The notes below the pieces were generated by a model. The model saw only the letters and a program-made list of their open reading frames with translations, made no database searches and was not told where the DNA came from. From sequence record SRR22947727_1461: a stretch of DNA of 64,000 nt. One strand, 5' to 3'. Position numbers and translations under genes: made by a program. Positions 51,108-62,534 of this stretch are shown here, piece after piece; within the stretch, counting starts at the first letter, position 1, and each line of letters opens with the position of its first letter.

Positions 51108-52385
51108 ATGTCAAAAGAGAATACAGTCATAACACTCGGATGCAGACTTAATGCATATGAAAGTGAAGTAATGCTAGGCCATGCTTTAGACTCAGGGTTA
51201 GATAATTCGATTATTATAAATACATGTGCGGTAACAAAAGAAGCTGTCCGCAGTTCTCATCACGCAATCAGAAAAGCTAAAAAAGAAAACCCCAAATGCA
51301 ATATCATTGTTACAGGTTGTGCAGCTCAAATAAACCCAGAGGCATTTTCTAAAATGTCTGAGGTGGATGTAGTTATCGGAAATAATGAAAAAATGATCGC
51401 AGTGAACTTTGAGCCAAACAACCTAATGCTAGGCAATCCTATTAAAGTAAATGATATCATGTCAGTTAAAGAGCTTGCCCCGCAACTAATATCGGGCGGC
51501 AATCGAAACTTCACAAAAACTCAAAATAGAACTCGCGCTTTTTTACAAATTCAGAATGGTTGTGATCATAGATGCACTTTTTGTATAATACCATATGGGC
51601 GCGGGCAAGCAAGATCGACCCCGGCAGGATCTGTTGTATCGCATGTACAATCACTAGTTTTACAAGGCTACAAAGAAATAGTATTAACAGGGGTAGATTT
51701 ATCTTCATGGGGGCAAGACCTACCAAGAAAGCCTCCTTTAGGTGATCTAATAAGACGTATATTAAAACTTGTACCCAATTTACCAAGATTGCGGCTTTCA
51801 TCGATCGATCCTGCTGAAATTGATCAAGAACTTTTTACTGCTCTATCAACAGAAAAAAGAATGACGCCCTATTTGCATCTTTCGCTGCAGTCAGGAGACA
51901 ATATGATTCTCAAAAGGATGAAAAGAAGGCATAATAGGGAAGAGGTAATCTCACTATGCAAGAAATTAAAATCCTTGCGTCCAGAGTTTACTTTTGGCGC
52001 AGATATAATTGCTGGATTTCCAACTGAAAGTGACGCAATGTTTGAAAATTCAAAAAATATCATCAAAGAAATCGGAATTCCTTGGTTACATGTTTTTCCC
52101 TATTCAGCACATGAAGGAACACCTGCAGAAAAAATGCCTCAAATTGAAAACTCTACAATTAAACTAAGAGCTAAAATTCTTCGTGAACAAGGAGAACTTG
52201 TAAAATTAATGCACCTTAAATCAAGAATTGGAACAAAAGATTTCGCTCTTTTCGAAGAAACAGGTTATGGAAGACTTCCAGATTTTACATTAGTAAAAGT
52301 AGACAATCCGCCAAAAGCAGGTACCATTGAAAAAGTTCATATTACTGGAATAGAGTCTAATAAAACGATCGGTATATTAATCTAG
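51108..52385 (+). CDS. mtaB: tRNA t6A37 methylthiotransferase MtaB
   Basis: TLGCRLN.YES, INTCAVT, CDHRCTFC; dapF-mtaB-ftsY synteny. Confidence 0.94.
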   Translation: MSKENTVITLGCRLNAYESEVMLGHALDSGLDNSIIINTCAVTKEAVRSSHHAIRKAKKENPKCNIIVTGCAAQINPEAFSKMSEVDVVIGNNEKMIAVNFEPNNLMLGNPIKVNDIMSVKELAPQLISGGNRNFTKTQNRTRAFLQIQNGCDHRCTFCIIPYGRGQARSTPAGSVVSHVQSLVLQGYKEIVLTGVDLSSWGQDLPRKPPLGDLIRRILKLVPNLPRLRLSSIDPAEIDQELFTALSTEKRMTPYLHLSLQSGDNMILKRMKRRHNREEVISLCKKLKSLRPEFTFGADIIAGFPTESDAMFENSKNIIKEIGIPWLHVFPYSAHEGTPAEKMPQIENSTIKLRAKILREQGELVKLMHLKSRIGTKDFALFEETGYGRLPDFTLVKVDNPPKAGTIEKVHITGIESNKTIGILI

Positions 52386-53722
52386 TGTCAGATAAAAAAA
52401 AACGTAGTTGGCTTTCAAGACTTGGCTTCAAATCTAAAGAAGAAAAACTTGCTCTTGAAGCTGCGAGAAAAGCCGAAGAAGACAAAATAATAGATGCTAA
52501 AATGGCTGAAAAAATGGCCGTCATAAATGCTGCTGCATTAAAAGCATCTCATCAGGAAGATACACAACAAACATCAACTAAAAACCCACCCTTAGTTAGC
52601 CCAGAAAAAGTAGAAAAACAGGCAGAAAAAAAAGCAACTATTCCAAAAACAAAGAAAATAAAATCAGGTCAAAAAAATAAAAAACTACTCAAATTAACAA
52701 ATAAATCTGATATACAAAAAAAAATTCCCCTTAAAGATAAAAGGCCCGATGAGGGTAATGCTTTAAATATTGATGATAAAAAAATTGTTTTGAACGAGAA
52801 TGGATTTTTCAAACGCATAACAGCGGGTCTATCAAAATCATCATCGCTCATGTCAGAGCAAATGTCATCCCTATTTAAAAAAAGGAAGTTGGATAATGCA
52901 GCGCTAAATGATTTAGAGGATATACTTATTCAGGCGGATCTTGGTTTAGAGGCCTCAGGAAAAGTTATTTCTAGTCTTTCAAAAGAAAAGTTTGATAAAG
53001 AGGTTAATGAATTAGAAATAAAAATTACGCTTGGTGAAGTTATATCTGAAATACTAACTCCTCTAGAATCACCATTAAAGCTTACACATAAAAAACCGCA
53101 AATTTTACTTTTTGTTGGCGTAAATGGATCAGGAAAAACAACAACATTAGGTAAACTCGCAAAAAAATACAGTTCTCAGGGTAAAAAAGTAATGATCGCA
53201 GCAGGTGATACATTTCGTGCAGCAGCAGTAGAGCAACTAACAGTTTGGAGTGACTTGGCAGGCGCAAAGATCATTTCTGGCAAACAGGGGTCTGATGCAG
53301 CTGGGTTAGTTTATGATGCAATCGATCAAGCAAAAGAAGCAGACACCGATATATTAATGATTGATACAGCTGGGAGATTACAGAACCGAACTGAATTAAT
53401 GGATGAACTTGAAAAAATAGTTAGAGTCATTAAAAAACAAGATGCATCTGCGCCGCACCACTGTATTCTAGTGCTCGATGCCACAGTTGGACAAAATGCT
53501 CTTATGCAAACTAAAGCTTTTACAGACCATGCAGGTGTGACAGGAATTATTATGACAAAACTGGATGGGACTGCCAAAGGGGGAGTTCTGGTTGCGTTAG
53601 CTGAAAAATATAAGTTACCTATCCATGCCATAGGCATAGGTGAGAGAATAGAAGATTTAGAAAACTTTTCAGCCGCCGTATTTTCAGCAGCGCTATCAGG
53701 TACTTCTGAATTAGTTAAGTAA
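52385..53722 (+). CDS. ftsY: SRP receptor FtsY
   Basis: GVNGSGKTTT, DTFRAAA, DTAGRL, TKLDGTAKGG; charged N-terminal extension. Confidence 0.97.
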   Translation: MSDKKKRSWLSRLGFKSKEEKLALEAARKAEEDKIIDAKMAEKMAVINAAALKASHQEDTQQTSTKNPPLVSPEKVEKQAEKKATIPKTKKIKSGQKNKKLLKLTNKSDIQKKIPLKDKRPDEGNALNIDDKKIVLNENGFFKRITAGLSKSSSLMSEQMSSLFKKRKLDNAALNDLEDILIQADLGLEASGKVISSLSKEKFDKEVNELEIKITLGEVISEILTPLESPLKLTHKKPQILLFVGVNGSGKTTTLGKLAKKYSSQGKKVMIAAGDTFRAAAVEQLTVWSDLAGAKIISGKQGSDAAGLVYDAIDQAKEADTDILMIDTAGRLQNRTELMDELEKIVRVIKKQDASAPHHCILVLDATVGQNALMQTKAFTDHAGVTGIIMTKLDGTAKGGVLVALAEKYKLPIHAIGIGERIEDLENFSAAVFSAALSGTSELVK

Positions 53723-53774
53723 TATCAGTTTTTTAAAACTAAAATGATATAATTGAAAATGGGACAATAAACTT

Positions 53775-54356
53775 ATGACACACGAAAACACTCAAAGTAA
53801 ATCTGCTAACTTTTGGATGGATTTTGGCCCTTTACTCGTTTTTTTTGTTTCATTTCAATTTTTCAAAAAAAATAATCCAGACTCAGCCATGCTAATAGCT
53901 GCAGGAATTTTTGCTACGCTAGCTGTTGTTGTTGTGTTCATTGGATGGCTTAAGTACAAAAAAGTATCAAAAGTACTTATACTCACAACGGTCATAATTG
54001 TAATTACAGCGTCCTTGGCTATTTGGTCAGGTAATAAAGTAATTTTCTTCATGAAGCCAACAATCATAAATATCCTATTTGCAGTCACACTTATGATTGG
54101 CACATTTCTTAAAAAAAATCCTTTAAAGGCTATGCTAAAACAAACAATAATATTACCAGACTCCATGTGGAACAAATTATCACTTCGGTGGGGAGTATTT
54201 TTTCTTTGTATGGCAATATTGAATGAATATATTTGGAGAACACAAACCGAGAGCTTTTGGGCCTCTTTTAAGGTTTTTGGCGTTATGCCTATCACAATGG
54301 CTTTTATGCTTACACAACTACCATTCATCATGAAGAATGGTAAAATTAATCAATAA
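53775..54356 (+). CDS. ispZ: Inner membrane protein YciB/IspZ
   Basis: DFGPL..FF, MKPTI, LNE..WR, W..FKVFG. Confidence 0.92.
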   Translation: MTHENTQSKSANFWMDFGPLLVFFVSFQFFKKNNPDSAMLIAAGIFATLAVVVVFIGWLKYKKVSKVLILTTVIIVITASLAIWSGNKVIFFMKPTIINILFAVTLMIGTFLKKNPLKAMLKQTIILPDSMWNKLSLRWGVFFLCMAILNEYIWRTQTESFWASFKVFGVMPITMAFMLTQLPFIMKNGKINQ

Positions 54357-54452
54357 AATTAAAAAGTATTTTTATTGTTCTATCTTTATAATTGATCCCT
54401 TGTGCATCAATGCTATAAACCCAAAAAAATAACCCGATTTGTGAGAATTATT

Positions 54453-57134
54453 ATGGCATCTTTAGACAGTTTCAATTGTGAAAGAGAAATTAAAGTAGGT
54501 GAAGATGTTTATACATACTATGACTTAAAAGAAGCTGAAAAAAATGGCTTAGATGGAATCTCAAAACTACCAAGATCTCTTAAAGTATTACTTGAAAATC
54601 TCCTTAGACATGAAGATGGAAAAACAGTATTAAAAGATGACATTCATGCTATGGCTGATTGGCTAAAGACTAGGACGTCAACCCATGAGATAGCTTATCG
54701 CCCTGCACGGGTATTAATGCAAGACTTCACAGGAGTGCCCGCAGTTGTAGATTTAGCTGCCATGCGCGATGCTATGGTGGAGCTTGGAGGTAACGCAAAT
54801 GCTATTAACCCGCTCAACCCAGTTCACTTAGTCATAGACCATTCTGTCATGGTAGATTACTATGGAACAAAAACAGCATTTAAGAAAAATGTTGAAAGGG
54901 AGTACGAACGAAACGGTGAACGTTATGATTTCTTAAAATGGGGCCAAGAAGCTTTTAATAACTTTGCTGTTGTACCTCCAGGAACAGGAATATGCCACCA
55001 AGTAAATCTAGAAAATCTGGCTCAAACTGTTTGGACTAAATCTTTGGAAGGCAAAACATATGCGTTTCCTGACACATTAGTGGGTACAGACTCTCACACT
55101 ACAATGATAAACGGACTATCTGTGCTCGGATGGGGTGTTGGTGGAATAGAAGCAGAAGCTGCTATGCTTGGTCAACCTATTTCAATGTTAATACCGGAAG
55201 TTGTAGGCTTTGAATTAATCGGGAAACTCCCTGAAGGTGCAACTGCGACAGATTTAGTATTAAGAGTAGTGGAAATGCTACGACAAAAAGGTGTTGTAGG
55301 TAAATTTGTTGAGTTCTATGGGTCTGGGTTGGACTATCTCTCCTTAGAAGACCAAGCAACATTGGCAAATATGGCTCCTGAGTATGGAGCCACCTGTGGC
55401 TTTTTCCCAGTAGACGGGGATACAATAAAGTATCTCAATGCCACTGGCCGTGATGAGAAACGTATTAATCTAGTAGAGGCCTATGCCAAAAAGCAAGGTT
55501 TATGGAGAGATGACAGCTTACCAACTTATACAGATACAATTGCATTGGACGTATCAACAGTAATGCCAGCAATTTCCGGTCCTAAGAGACCTCAGGATAG
55601 GTTCAATTTAAGAGGAGCTAATAAGCATTTCTTAAAAATACTAAACGATGAATATGGTAAAAATAATCTAAAAAATTCTTCAGTAAAAGTTGGCGGCAAG
55701 GAATATTCTGTTGATCATGGTGATGTTTTTATAGCAGCCATAACTTCCTGTACAAATACATCAAACCCATCTGTTATGGTAGCTGCTGGCTTAGTGGCAC
55801 AAAAAGCAAATAAATATGGCTTACAAACTAAGCCGTGGGTAAAAACATCCTTAGCTCCCGGCTCTCAAGTTGTAGGTGAATATTTGGAAAAATCTCATCT
55901 ACAAGATGAGCTTAATGAACTTGGTTTTGATGTTGTTGGCTATGGTTGCACAACATGCATTGGCAACTCCGGTCCATTGGCGTCAGAATTGTCTAAAGCT
56001 ATTAAAGAAGGCGATCTAATATCTTGCTCAGTTCTATCTGGTAACAGAAACTTTGAGGGACGTATTGGACCAGACATAAAAGCTAATTTCTTAGCCTCCC
56101 CACCACTTGTGGTGGCCTATGCACTGGCTGGTTCCCTCCATCATGATTTTGATAATGACCCTTTAGGCGTTGATAAGAGCGGAAAGGCTATTTATCTAAA
56201 AGACATTTGGCCAAGCTCTGAGGAAATTGCCAGTGTAGTAAGAAAAGTAATAACTAGAGAAATGTTCTCAGAGAGATACGCTGATGTCTTTAAGGGTGAT
56301 GAAGAATGGCAAAAAATAAAAGTTACTGGAGGGGAAACTTATAACTGGAACTCGGGGTCAACATATGTACGAAATCCCCCTTACTTTAAAGACATAAAGC
56401 CAACACCTGAATCTGTTGAAGATATTAAAAATGCTAATATACTTGCATTATTAGGTGACTCAATAACTACAGACCATATTAGTCCTGCTGGAGCAATTAA
56501 ACATGATGGACCTGCTGGAGTGTATCTTTCCGATCGTCAAGTTCCAAAAAATGAATTTAACTCTTTTGGTTCTCGAAGAGGAAACCATGAAGTCATGATG
56601 CGTGGAACATTTGCTAATATACGCATAAAAAATGAAATAGCTCCTGGAACTGAAGGTGGTGTCACAAAGCATATACCAACGAATAAAATAATGAGCATCT
56701 ATGACGCAGCAGAAAAATATGCTGAAGAAAATAAAGACCTCGTTGTTTTTGCTGGAAGCCTTTATGGAAATGGATCCTCTAGAGACTGGGCTGCTAAAGG
56801 AACAATACTACTCGGAGTAAAGGCTGTGATAGCTGAAAGCTTCGAACGCATTCATAGATCAAACTTGATAGGTATGGGCGTACTTCCTCTTGAATTTACT
56901 AACAATGAAAGTTGGAAAAAATTATCGATGAAGGGTGCGGAAACAATATCTATAAAAAATATAGACCAACTATCACCACGAGGAACATTAGATGTTGAAA
57001 TAAAATATCCAGATGGTTCTGAGAAAATAATTACAACTACAGTCAGAATTGATACCGATAATGAACATGAATATTATAAAAATGGCGGAATACTACATTA
57101 TGTATTACGAAATCTAGCAAATGAAAATGAATAG
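54453..57134 (+). CDS. acnA: Aconitate hydratase A
   Basis: RVLMQDFTGVP, DSHT, AITSCTNTSNP, GCTTCIGN, GSSRDWAAKG; start MASLDSF at 54453. Confidence 0.98.
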   Translation: MASLDSFNCEREIKVGEDVYTYYDLKEAEKNGLDGISKLPRSLKVLLENLLRHEDGKTVLKDDIHAMADWLKTRTSTHEIAYRPARVLMQDFTGVPAVVDLAAMRDAMVELGGNANAINPLNPVHLVIDHSVMVDYYGTKTAFKKNVEREYERNGERYDFLKWGQEAFNNFAVVPPGTGICHQVNLENLAQTVWTKSLEGKTYAFPDTLVGTDSHTTMINGLSVLGWGVGGIEAEAAMLGQPISMLIPEVVGFELIGKLPEGATATDLVLRVVEMLRQKGVVGKFVEFYGSGLDYLSLEDQATLANMAPEYGATCGFFPVDGDTIKYLNATGRDEKRINLVEAYAKKQGLWRDDSLPTYTDTIALDVSTVMPAISGPKRPQDRFNLRGANKHFLKILNDEYGKNNLKNSSVKVGGKEYSVDHGDVFIAAITSCTNTSNPSVMVAAGLVAQKANKYGLQTKPWVKTSLAPGSQVVGEYLEKSHLQDELNELGFDVVGYGCTTCIGNSGPLASELSKAIKEGDLISCSVLSGNRNFEGRIGPDIKANFLASPPLVVAYALAGSLHHDFDNDPLGVDKSGKAIYLKDIWPSSEEIASVVRKVITREMFSERYADVFKGDEEWQKIKVTGGETYNWNSGSTYVRNPPYFKDIKPTPESVEDIKNANILALLGDSITTDHISPAGAIKHDGPAGVYLSDRQVPKNEFNSFGSRRGNHEVMMRGTFANIRIKNEIAPGTEGGVTKHIPTNKIMSIYDAAEKYAEENKDLVVFAGSLYGNGSSRDWAAKGTILLGVKAVIAESFERIHRSNLIGMGVLPLEFTNNESWKKLSMKGAETISIKNIDQLSPRGTLDVEIKYPDGSEKIITTTVRIDTDNEHEYYKNGGILHYVLRNLANENE

Positions 57135-57210
57135 GCATAACTAATGGATAAAAAATTAGCAAAAATTTAAATTGAACCAAATATTTAAGGCAAAATAAGA
57201 ATTTATAATT

Positions 57211-58845
57211 TTAATGCCTAAAATGCCTCATATTTGTGAAAACCATAGCAATACCCTTTTCATCAGCTGCTGCAATTACTTCATCATCTCGAATGCTGCC
57301 CCCTGGTTGTATTATAGAAGTTGCCCCAGCCGCAGCAGCAGCTAGCATACCGTCGGCAAAAGGGAAAAATGCATCAGATGCGCAAGCACATCCTTCAGTT
57401 TTTAAGGTATCCCATCCCGCTGTATCTTTAGCATCCTGTGCCTTACGGGCTGCTATGCGTGCAGAATCAATTCTACTCATTTGCCCTGCTCCTATACCTG
57501 CTGTTGAGCCATCTTTTACATAAATAATAGCATTTGATTTAACGTGCTTAGCTACTTTCCAAGCCATAAGTAGGTCATTCATCTCTTTTGGAGACGGCCT
57601 TCTCTTCGTTACAACCTTCAAATCAGTCATAGATACGTGTCCATTATCACGATTTTGAACCAGAATACCTCCGCCAACATTCCGATATGTTAAGCTTGGT
57701 TCTCGAGGGTCTGGTAAACTGCCGACAATTAATAAACGAACATTTTTTTTCTTCTTAAATAACTCTATTGCTTCGGGGTCTGCCGATGGCGCTATTACAA
57801 CCTCAGTAAAAACCTTTAAAATATGCGATGCAGTGTCTTTATCTAAAGAGCCATTTAACGCAACTATTCCTCCAAATGCTGATACCGGATCACAAGCTAA
57901 TGCATTTTTATATGCCTCTAGAAATGTTGGCGCTACACTTACACCGCAAGGATTAGCGTGTTTTATGATCGCTACAGCAGGGGTGGCACCCTCAGATACA
58001 CTTCCGAACTCGGCTACAAGTTCATAAGCTGCATCAGTATCATTAATGTTATTATAGGAAAGTTCTTTTCCTTGTAATTGAGTAGCTGAAGCGACCCCCG
58101 GACGAGCGGAGCCATCAGAATAAAAACCAGCTATTTGATGAGGGTTTTCACCATATCTCAAACTCTGCTTTAATTTACCTGCTTGCACTTTAAAAATAGG
58201 ATTAGTTTCATTTAAATGTTCTACAAAATAATTCGCTATGGCCGAATCATATGCTGCTGATTGAGCGTAGGTCTTACTTGCGAGTCTTTGTTTAAGACCA
58301 CCACTAACCTTCCCTTGATTAGCATCCATTTCAGCTAGGACAAGCTCAACATCATCAGAGTCTGTGCAAACAGCGACATGTGCATGGTTTTTAGCCGCTG
58401 CACGTATCATTGCCGGGCCTCCTATATCAATATTTTCAATACACATTTCATAAGAACCACCTTGGCTAACGGTTTGCTCAAATGGATACAGGTTGACTAT
58501 TAATAAATCTATTGGAATAATTCCATATTCCTGCATTGACATATTATGACTATCTATGTCACGATCCCCTAATAGCCCTCCATGAACCATTGGATGTAAG
58601 GTTTTTACTCTTCCATCCATCATTTCAGGAAAGTTAGTCACTTCGCTTATATCAACAACCGGAATGCCTGCAGCAGCTATTGATCTATAGGTTCCTCCCG
58701 TTGAAATTAATTCAACTTTACGTTCATGCAAAGCTCTCACTTGTTCAATAAGTCGAGATTTATCAGATACTGATATGAGTGCTCTTTTTACTGCGGTAAG
58801 TCGCTCTTTAGAGAAAAGTGGAAGTTGAGGATTAGGTTTTGGCAT
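57211..58845 (-). CDS. purH: Bifunctional AICAR transformylase/IMP cyclohydrolase
   Basis: [38 protein letters not shown]. Confidence 0.98.
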   Translation of the reverse strand: MPKPNPQLPLFSKERLTAVKRALISVSDKSRLIEQVRALHERKVELISTGGTYRSIAAAGIPVVDISEVTNFPEMMDGRVKTLHPMVHGGLLGDRDIDSHNMSMQEYGIIPIDLLIVNLYPFEQTVSQGGSYEMCIENIDIGGPAMIRAAAKNHAHVAVCTDSDDVELVLAEMDANQGKVSGGLKQRLASKTYAQSAAYDSAIANYFVEHLNETNPIFKVQAGKLKQSLRYGENPHQIAGFYSDGSARPGVASATQLQGKELSYNNINDTDAAYELVAEFGSVSEGATPAVAIIKHANPCGVSVAPTFLEAYKNALACDPVSAFGGIVALNGSLDKDTASHILKVFTEVVIAPSADPEAIELFKKKKNVRLLIVGSLPDPREPSLTYRNVGGGILVQNRDNGHVSMTDLKVVTKRRPSPKEMNDLLMAWKVAKHVKSNAIIYVKDGSTAGIGAGQMSRIDSARIAARKAQDAKDTAGWDTLKTEGCACASDAFFPFADGMLAAAAAGATSIIQPGGSIRDDEVIAAADEKGIAMVFTNMRHFRH

Positions 58846-58897
58846 AATAAAGAGTCTTTTTTAATTTTATGGAATGTGATCTAACATGATGGTATTT

Positions 58898-60769
58898 TTA
58901 CGACAAGGAACCATTAGGTTCGAACTCTGGGAGTAGACGGAATAAGGCCAACCTAATTTTAACCGCATCATGTTGACGCAAGGCATAAATTAGCTCTCGA
59001 ACACTTTCACGCATATCGTCAGGGCTATACATTTCTTCTGTAAGTCGCTTGATACCTTTGAGATAGGTAGTCTCGAGTGACTCTTCCGGATTTATTAAAG
59101 TTTCCGTAAGTTTTTCTCCAGACCGCAAACCTGTATATTTAATTTGGATATCTCTTTCTGGTACCAATCCTCTTAATCGAATTAATTGCTTTGCTAAACG
59201 CAATATATTAACAGGTGAGCCCATTTCTAATATATATATTGATGAGTCATTAATTGATTGGTTTTCATTTAGTGCTGTAGCCTGAAGAACTAATCTAGAA
59301 GCCTCTTCCGCGGTCATAAAATATCTTTCAACATCTTTGTGGGTAACTGTTACAGGCCCACCTCGAGAAATTTGCTCTTCAAAAAGCGGCAACACCGAAC
59401 CTGCAGAATCTAATACATTACCAAACCGAACTGAACATACTGAGATTTTTGTTTCCTTTGCCGCTGCCCTAATCATCATTTCACCAATGCGTTTACTGGC
59501 CCCCATGATGTTACAAGGTTCAACGGCCTTGTCCGTTGAAATAAATGTAAGACTGCTTATTTTGTATTTAAGAGCTAATTTCACTACATTTTTAGTTCCA
59601 ATAACATTATTTTTAAGCATTTCTATTGGATTACTTTCACCCATAGGCACATGTTTAAATGCAGCGGCATGAAAAACTACGTCAGGCTTTAATTTTTTAA
59701 AAACAATTTCCATTGTTTTTTCATCGCAGACATCTACTAATTGTAAGTTCCAATTTATTTTATCTCCATAAATGTTTAAAAGACTACGGTTAATCTGGTA
59801 TAAATTATATTCAGAGTTATCTATAAGGATTACCTCACTTGGATTTAATCTTGATATTTGTCGAGTAAGCTCAGACCCTATTGAGCCGCCAGCTCCAGTA
59901 ATAAGAACCCTTCGTCCATTAATCTGGCGTCGTACAAGATCAATATTCATATCACTCACAGAACGACCTATTAAGTCAGAAGCCTCTAATGGTGACAATT
60001 TCAATCCCCTACTTCTATCTGCTCTTGATATTGGGGCACCAATCTCAGCAGCGACCTTCAGCAGTTCTTCTACCTGAGGTCTGTTAATATCTAAAAGAAA
60101 AAGCACTGGCCTGTGGTTTATGTGTTTTTTATAACGTGTATATATTTTCCCTAAGTCCTCTATATTTCCAACTACGGGGTAACCGCGAATTGATCTTCCT
60201 TGATAATCACCTTCAAGCTCAATAAGGCCAAGTATATTATAATGAAGACCAGTTTTATTTCTCACATTATCTCGAATATAGTTTTGGAGTGAATTGCCCG
60301 TTCCTATTAAAAAAGCATCAGTATTATGTGGGTTTGAGGCCAGTAAAAAACCATTTATATCTCCTGTTTTTATTATCATGACCAGCAAACGACTGATGGT
60401 TGATAATACAAAAAATAATACCAATGTAATTAGTGCTGCAAACCTTGGGTAATCATGGGCCCTATCATCAAAATAAAATAAAAGTATGACTCCAAGAGAA
60501 GTGGCTAAAAAAGAAGCGGTAAATAATTGTCTTATGTCGGGCACTGCAGTAAATCGCCATACAGATCGATAAACTCTTAGTAACATCCAAATGACTATTA
60601 CTGAAAAAGCAGTAGCAAAGCTAGCGTGCGTTGCAGCATGGTCAGGGACAGGCAAATTTAAGAAGTCATAACGCCATTTAACCGCCCCGTAAGCAGAAAA
60701 TGCGCCTATAAAGCTATCAAAAGCAACTATTCCAAAAGCCTTTGTAATACCTAAAAAATTAAACTTCAA
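58898..60769 (-). CDS. Membrane-bound UDP-sugar 4,6-dehydratase (PglF/CapD/WbpM-like)
   Basis: N-terminal TMs, TGAGGSIGSEL, HAAAFKHVP, STDKAV, MGASK, RFGNVL, GEKL.E. Confidence 0.9.
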   Translation of the reverse strand: MKFNFLGITKAFGIVAFDSFIGAFSAYGAVKWRYDFLNLPVPDHAATHASFATAFSVIVIWMLLRVYRSVWRFTAVPDIRQLFTASFLATSLGVILLFYFDDRAHDYPRFAALITLVLFFVLSTISRLLVMIIKTGDINGFLLASNPHNTDAFLIGTGNSLQNYIRDNVRNKTGLHYNILGLIELEGDYQGRSIRGYPVVGNIEDLGKIYTRYKKHINHRPVLFLLDINRPQVEELLKVAAEIGAPISRADRSRGLKLSPLEASDLIGRSVSDMNIDLVRRQINGRRVLITGAGGSIGSELTRQISRLNPSEVILIDNSEYNLYQINRSLLNIYGDKINWNLQLVDVCDEKTMEIVFKKLKPDVVFHAAAFKHVPMGESNPIEMLKNNVIGTKNVVKLALKYKISSLTFISTDKAVEPCNIMGASKRIGEMMIRAAAKETKISVCSVRFGNVLDSAGSVLPLFEEQISRGGPVTVTHKDVERYFMTAEEASRLVLQATALNENQSINDSSIYILEMGSPVNILRLAKQLIRLRGLVPERDIQIKYTGLRSGEKLTETLINPEESLETTYLKGIKRLTEEMYSPDDMRESVRELIYALRQHDAVKIRLALFRLLPEFEPNGSLS

Positions 60770-62502
60770 TTTCTTGCCTCTAATTTTCTAAAAGACCATC
60801 GTACTTTATTGCTAAGCGTTTCACCATCACTATCACAAAAAGCATTTCCTGATATAACTATTTGCTTACATTTTCTTGGGGAAGTTCCTGAACCGAGATA
60901 TAGTGAGTTTTCTATTTTAATTGGCCCGTGATCGGTACGAAAGCGCCACCCAGTTTTACCCGCTTGGATCAGTAATGCACTCTTTTGGTCTTGAGATAAG
61001 CTAACACGTACATCTGGATGAAAATGAAATCTAATATCATAGGGTCTTTCATCTTTACTTAAAGGCACTTTTCCCAATGGGACTAAAAGGGTGTCTTCAC
61101 CGCGAACATCATCACCCTCAATCGACATATAAATTCGCCTCTTATGTGAAAGACCTATTTTTCTTCTGTAACCGCCATGCGAAACTTCAACCCATGTCCC
61201 TGAGTCCTGTTCCTTACGTGATACAGTAACAGGACCGGCTTCAGAAATAACAACATCACCTAATATTTTTGCCAACCACCCATCTTTAAGAATTTCTCCT
61301 GCAGAACTATTATTAATTACTAATGTACTATGCGCAGCCGTGTTACGTACAAATTTTTTAAATTTTCTAGGCTGCTGCCTGTTCCAACCACAATTTACAA
61401 CTAAACGCCCAACTTTTGTAGATAACTCAAATGAACCAGGCGCAAGGTGAGCCTGGTTATCAAAAGGTGTTGGAGGGGTATTACCTGTATCGATAATCAT
61501 CACTGTTCCAGCAGAACTAATGCGTTGATATCCCGTATGGGGACAATATCCAAAAGGCTTTGTAAGTAGATCTGGGGCAGCCTTCATAACGGCCCTCAAA
61601 CGTTTTGGGTGGTTTTCACCTCCGCCATTAAAATTTGAAAGCGTACCATCTGCTGCACAAAAAAATGGTAGAACGGATTTAAGACGGTCTATCGCACGGC
61701 TAACTGTTCTTGAGCCCTCGACACCTCTTTTAAAAAGCAAACTATCTACTATTAAAAGTATTTCCAGCGCTTGAAGAGCTTGCTCAGGCGACCGTGATAT
61801 ATGACCTCCATCGGGTAGAATTTGTTTATTAACTTCATCATCTAGCCAATCAAGTCCACGTCCTAGAAGACCATCAGTTTTCTCTTTTATTCTAGCACCG
61901 CCTATCGCAAGAGCAGAAGCAGCTTTCAATCTATGCAAACCAGGGCTAGTTTGTTTATAAACATATCTCAACCGCTTTAACTGGCGAACTACAGATATAC
62001 GTCGAATTTGTGCTTTATTAGATAGACTATCACCATCTAATAGAGGTGACCATACTGTCAAAAGATTAAAGATTCTTTCAGAAAGAATATCAGGCGACCA
62101 AGCGAAGAAATTCCATTTTCCATAAACCTCAATCCACTTATCGACCAAGTTTCTCGCTCTAACGCTTGCATATTTATCTTTCGTCACTGCCAAGTCATTA
62201 AGCCAATGAAAACTATGCAACCAACGTGCAAACTGCTCAGAGGGAACAGCGAGTGTCCAGGGGTCACCCTGGGCCCCAACATCTAAATTTTGCTCTGAAT
62301 TTTGAAAATGACCCTTCAATAAAGCCTTACCAATATCTTTATCTCCAAATATAAAAGAGGGCTTAGCATCATAAAATAAATCTGTTTTTCTGACATTTAA
62401 TCTCAGGGATCTAATTGGGGCCTCTAGCTCAACACACCATCTATGCAAGCCTGAGGTAAGAATAGATCTGAGTATTAGCAAAGAAGAAATTCGGTTTGCC
62501 AT
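60766..62502 (-). CDS. Heparinase II/III-family protein
   Basis: LH.F.WL.DL, QILPDGGH.SRSP, AH...SFE, R.TAAHST; typical neighbour of purH. Confidence 0.85.
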   Translation of the reverse strand: MANRISSLLILRSILTSGLHRWCVELEAPIRSLRLNVRKTDLFYDAKPSFIFGDKDIGKALLKGHFQNSEQNLDVGAQGDPWTLAVPSEQFARWLHSFHWLNDLAVTKDKYASVRARNLVDKWIEVYGKWNFFAWSPDILSERIFNLLTVWSPLLDGDSLSNKAQIRRISVVRQLKRLRYVYKQTSPGLHRLKAASALAIGGARIKEKTDGLLGRGLDWLDDEVNKQILPDGGHISRSPEQALQALEILLIVDSLLFKRGVEGSRTVSRAIDRLKSVLPFFCAADGTLSNFNGGGENHPKRLRAVMKAAPDLLTKPFGYCPHTGYQRISSAGTVMIIDTGNTPPTPFDNQAHLAPGSFELSTKVGRLVVNCGWNRQQPRKFKKFVRNTAAHSTLVINNSSAGEILKDGWLAKILGDVVISEAGPVTVSRKEQDSGTWVEVSHGGYRRKIGLSHKRRIYMSIEGDDVRGEDTLLVPLGKVPLSKDERPYDIRFHFHPDVRVSLSQDQKSALLIQAGKTGWRFRTDHGPIKIENSLYLGSGTSPRKCKQIVISGNAFCDSDGETLSNKVRWSFRKLEARN

Positions 62503-62534
62503 AACAGTTTCAAATTAAACATTTAGTCATATAG

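Noticed and set aside
54441-54459. Fur-box-like TGAGAATTATTATGG over the acnA start
   Set aside because: Lacks the terminal CA of the palindrome; a similar TTTGTGAGAAT..ATGGC precedes the antiporter start at 44432, so it more likely reflects the translation-initiation region.
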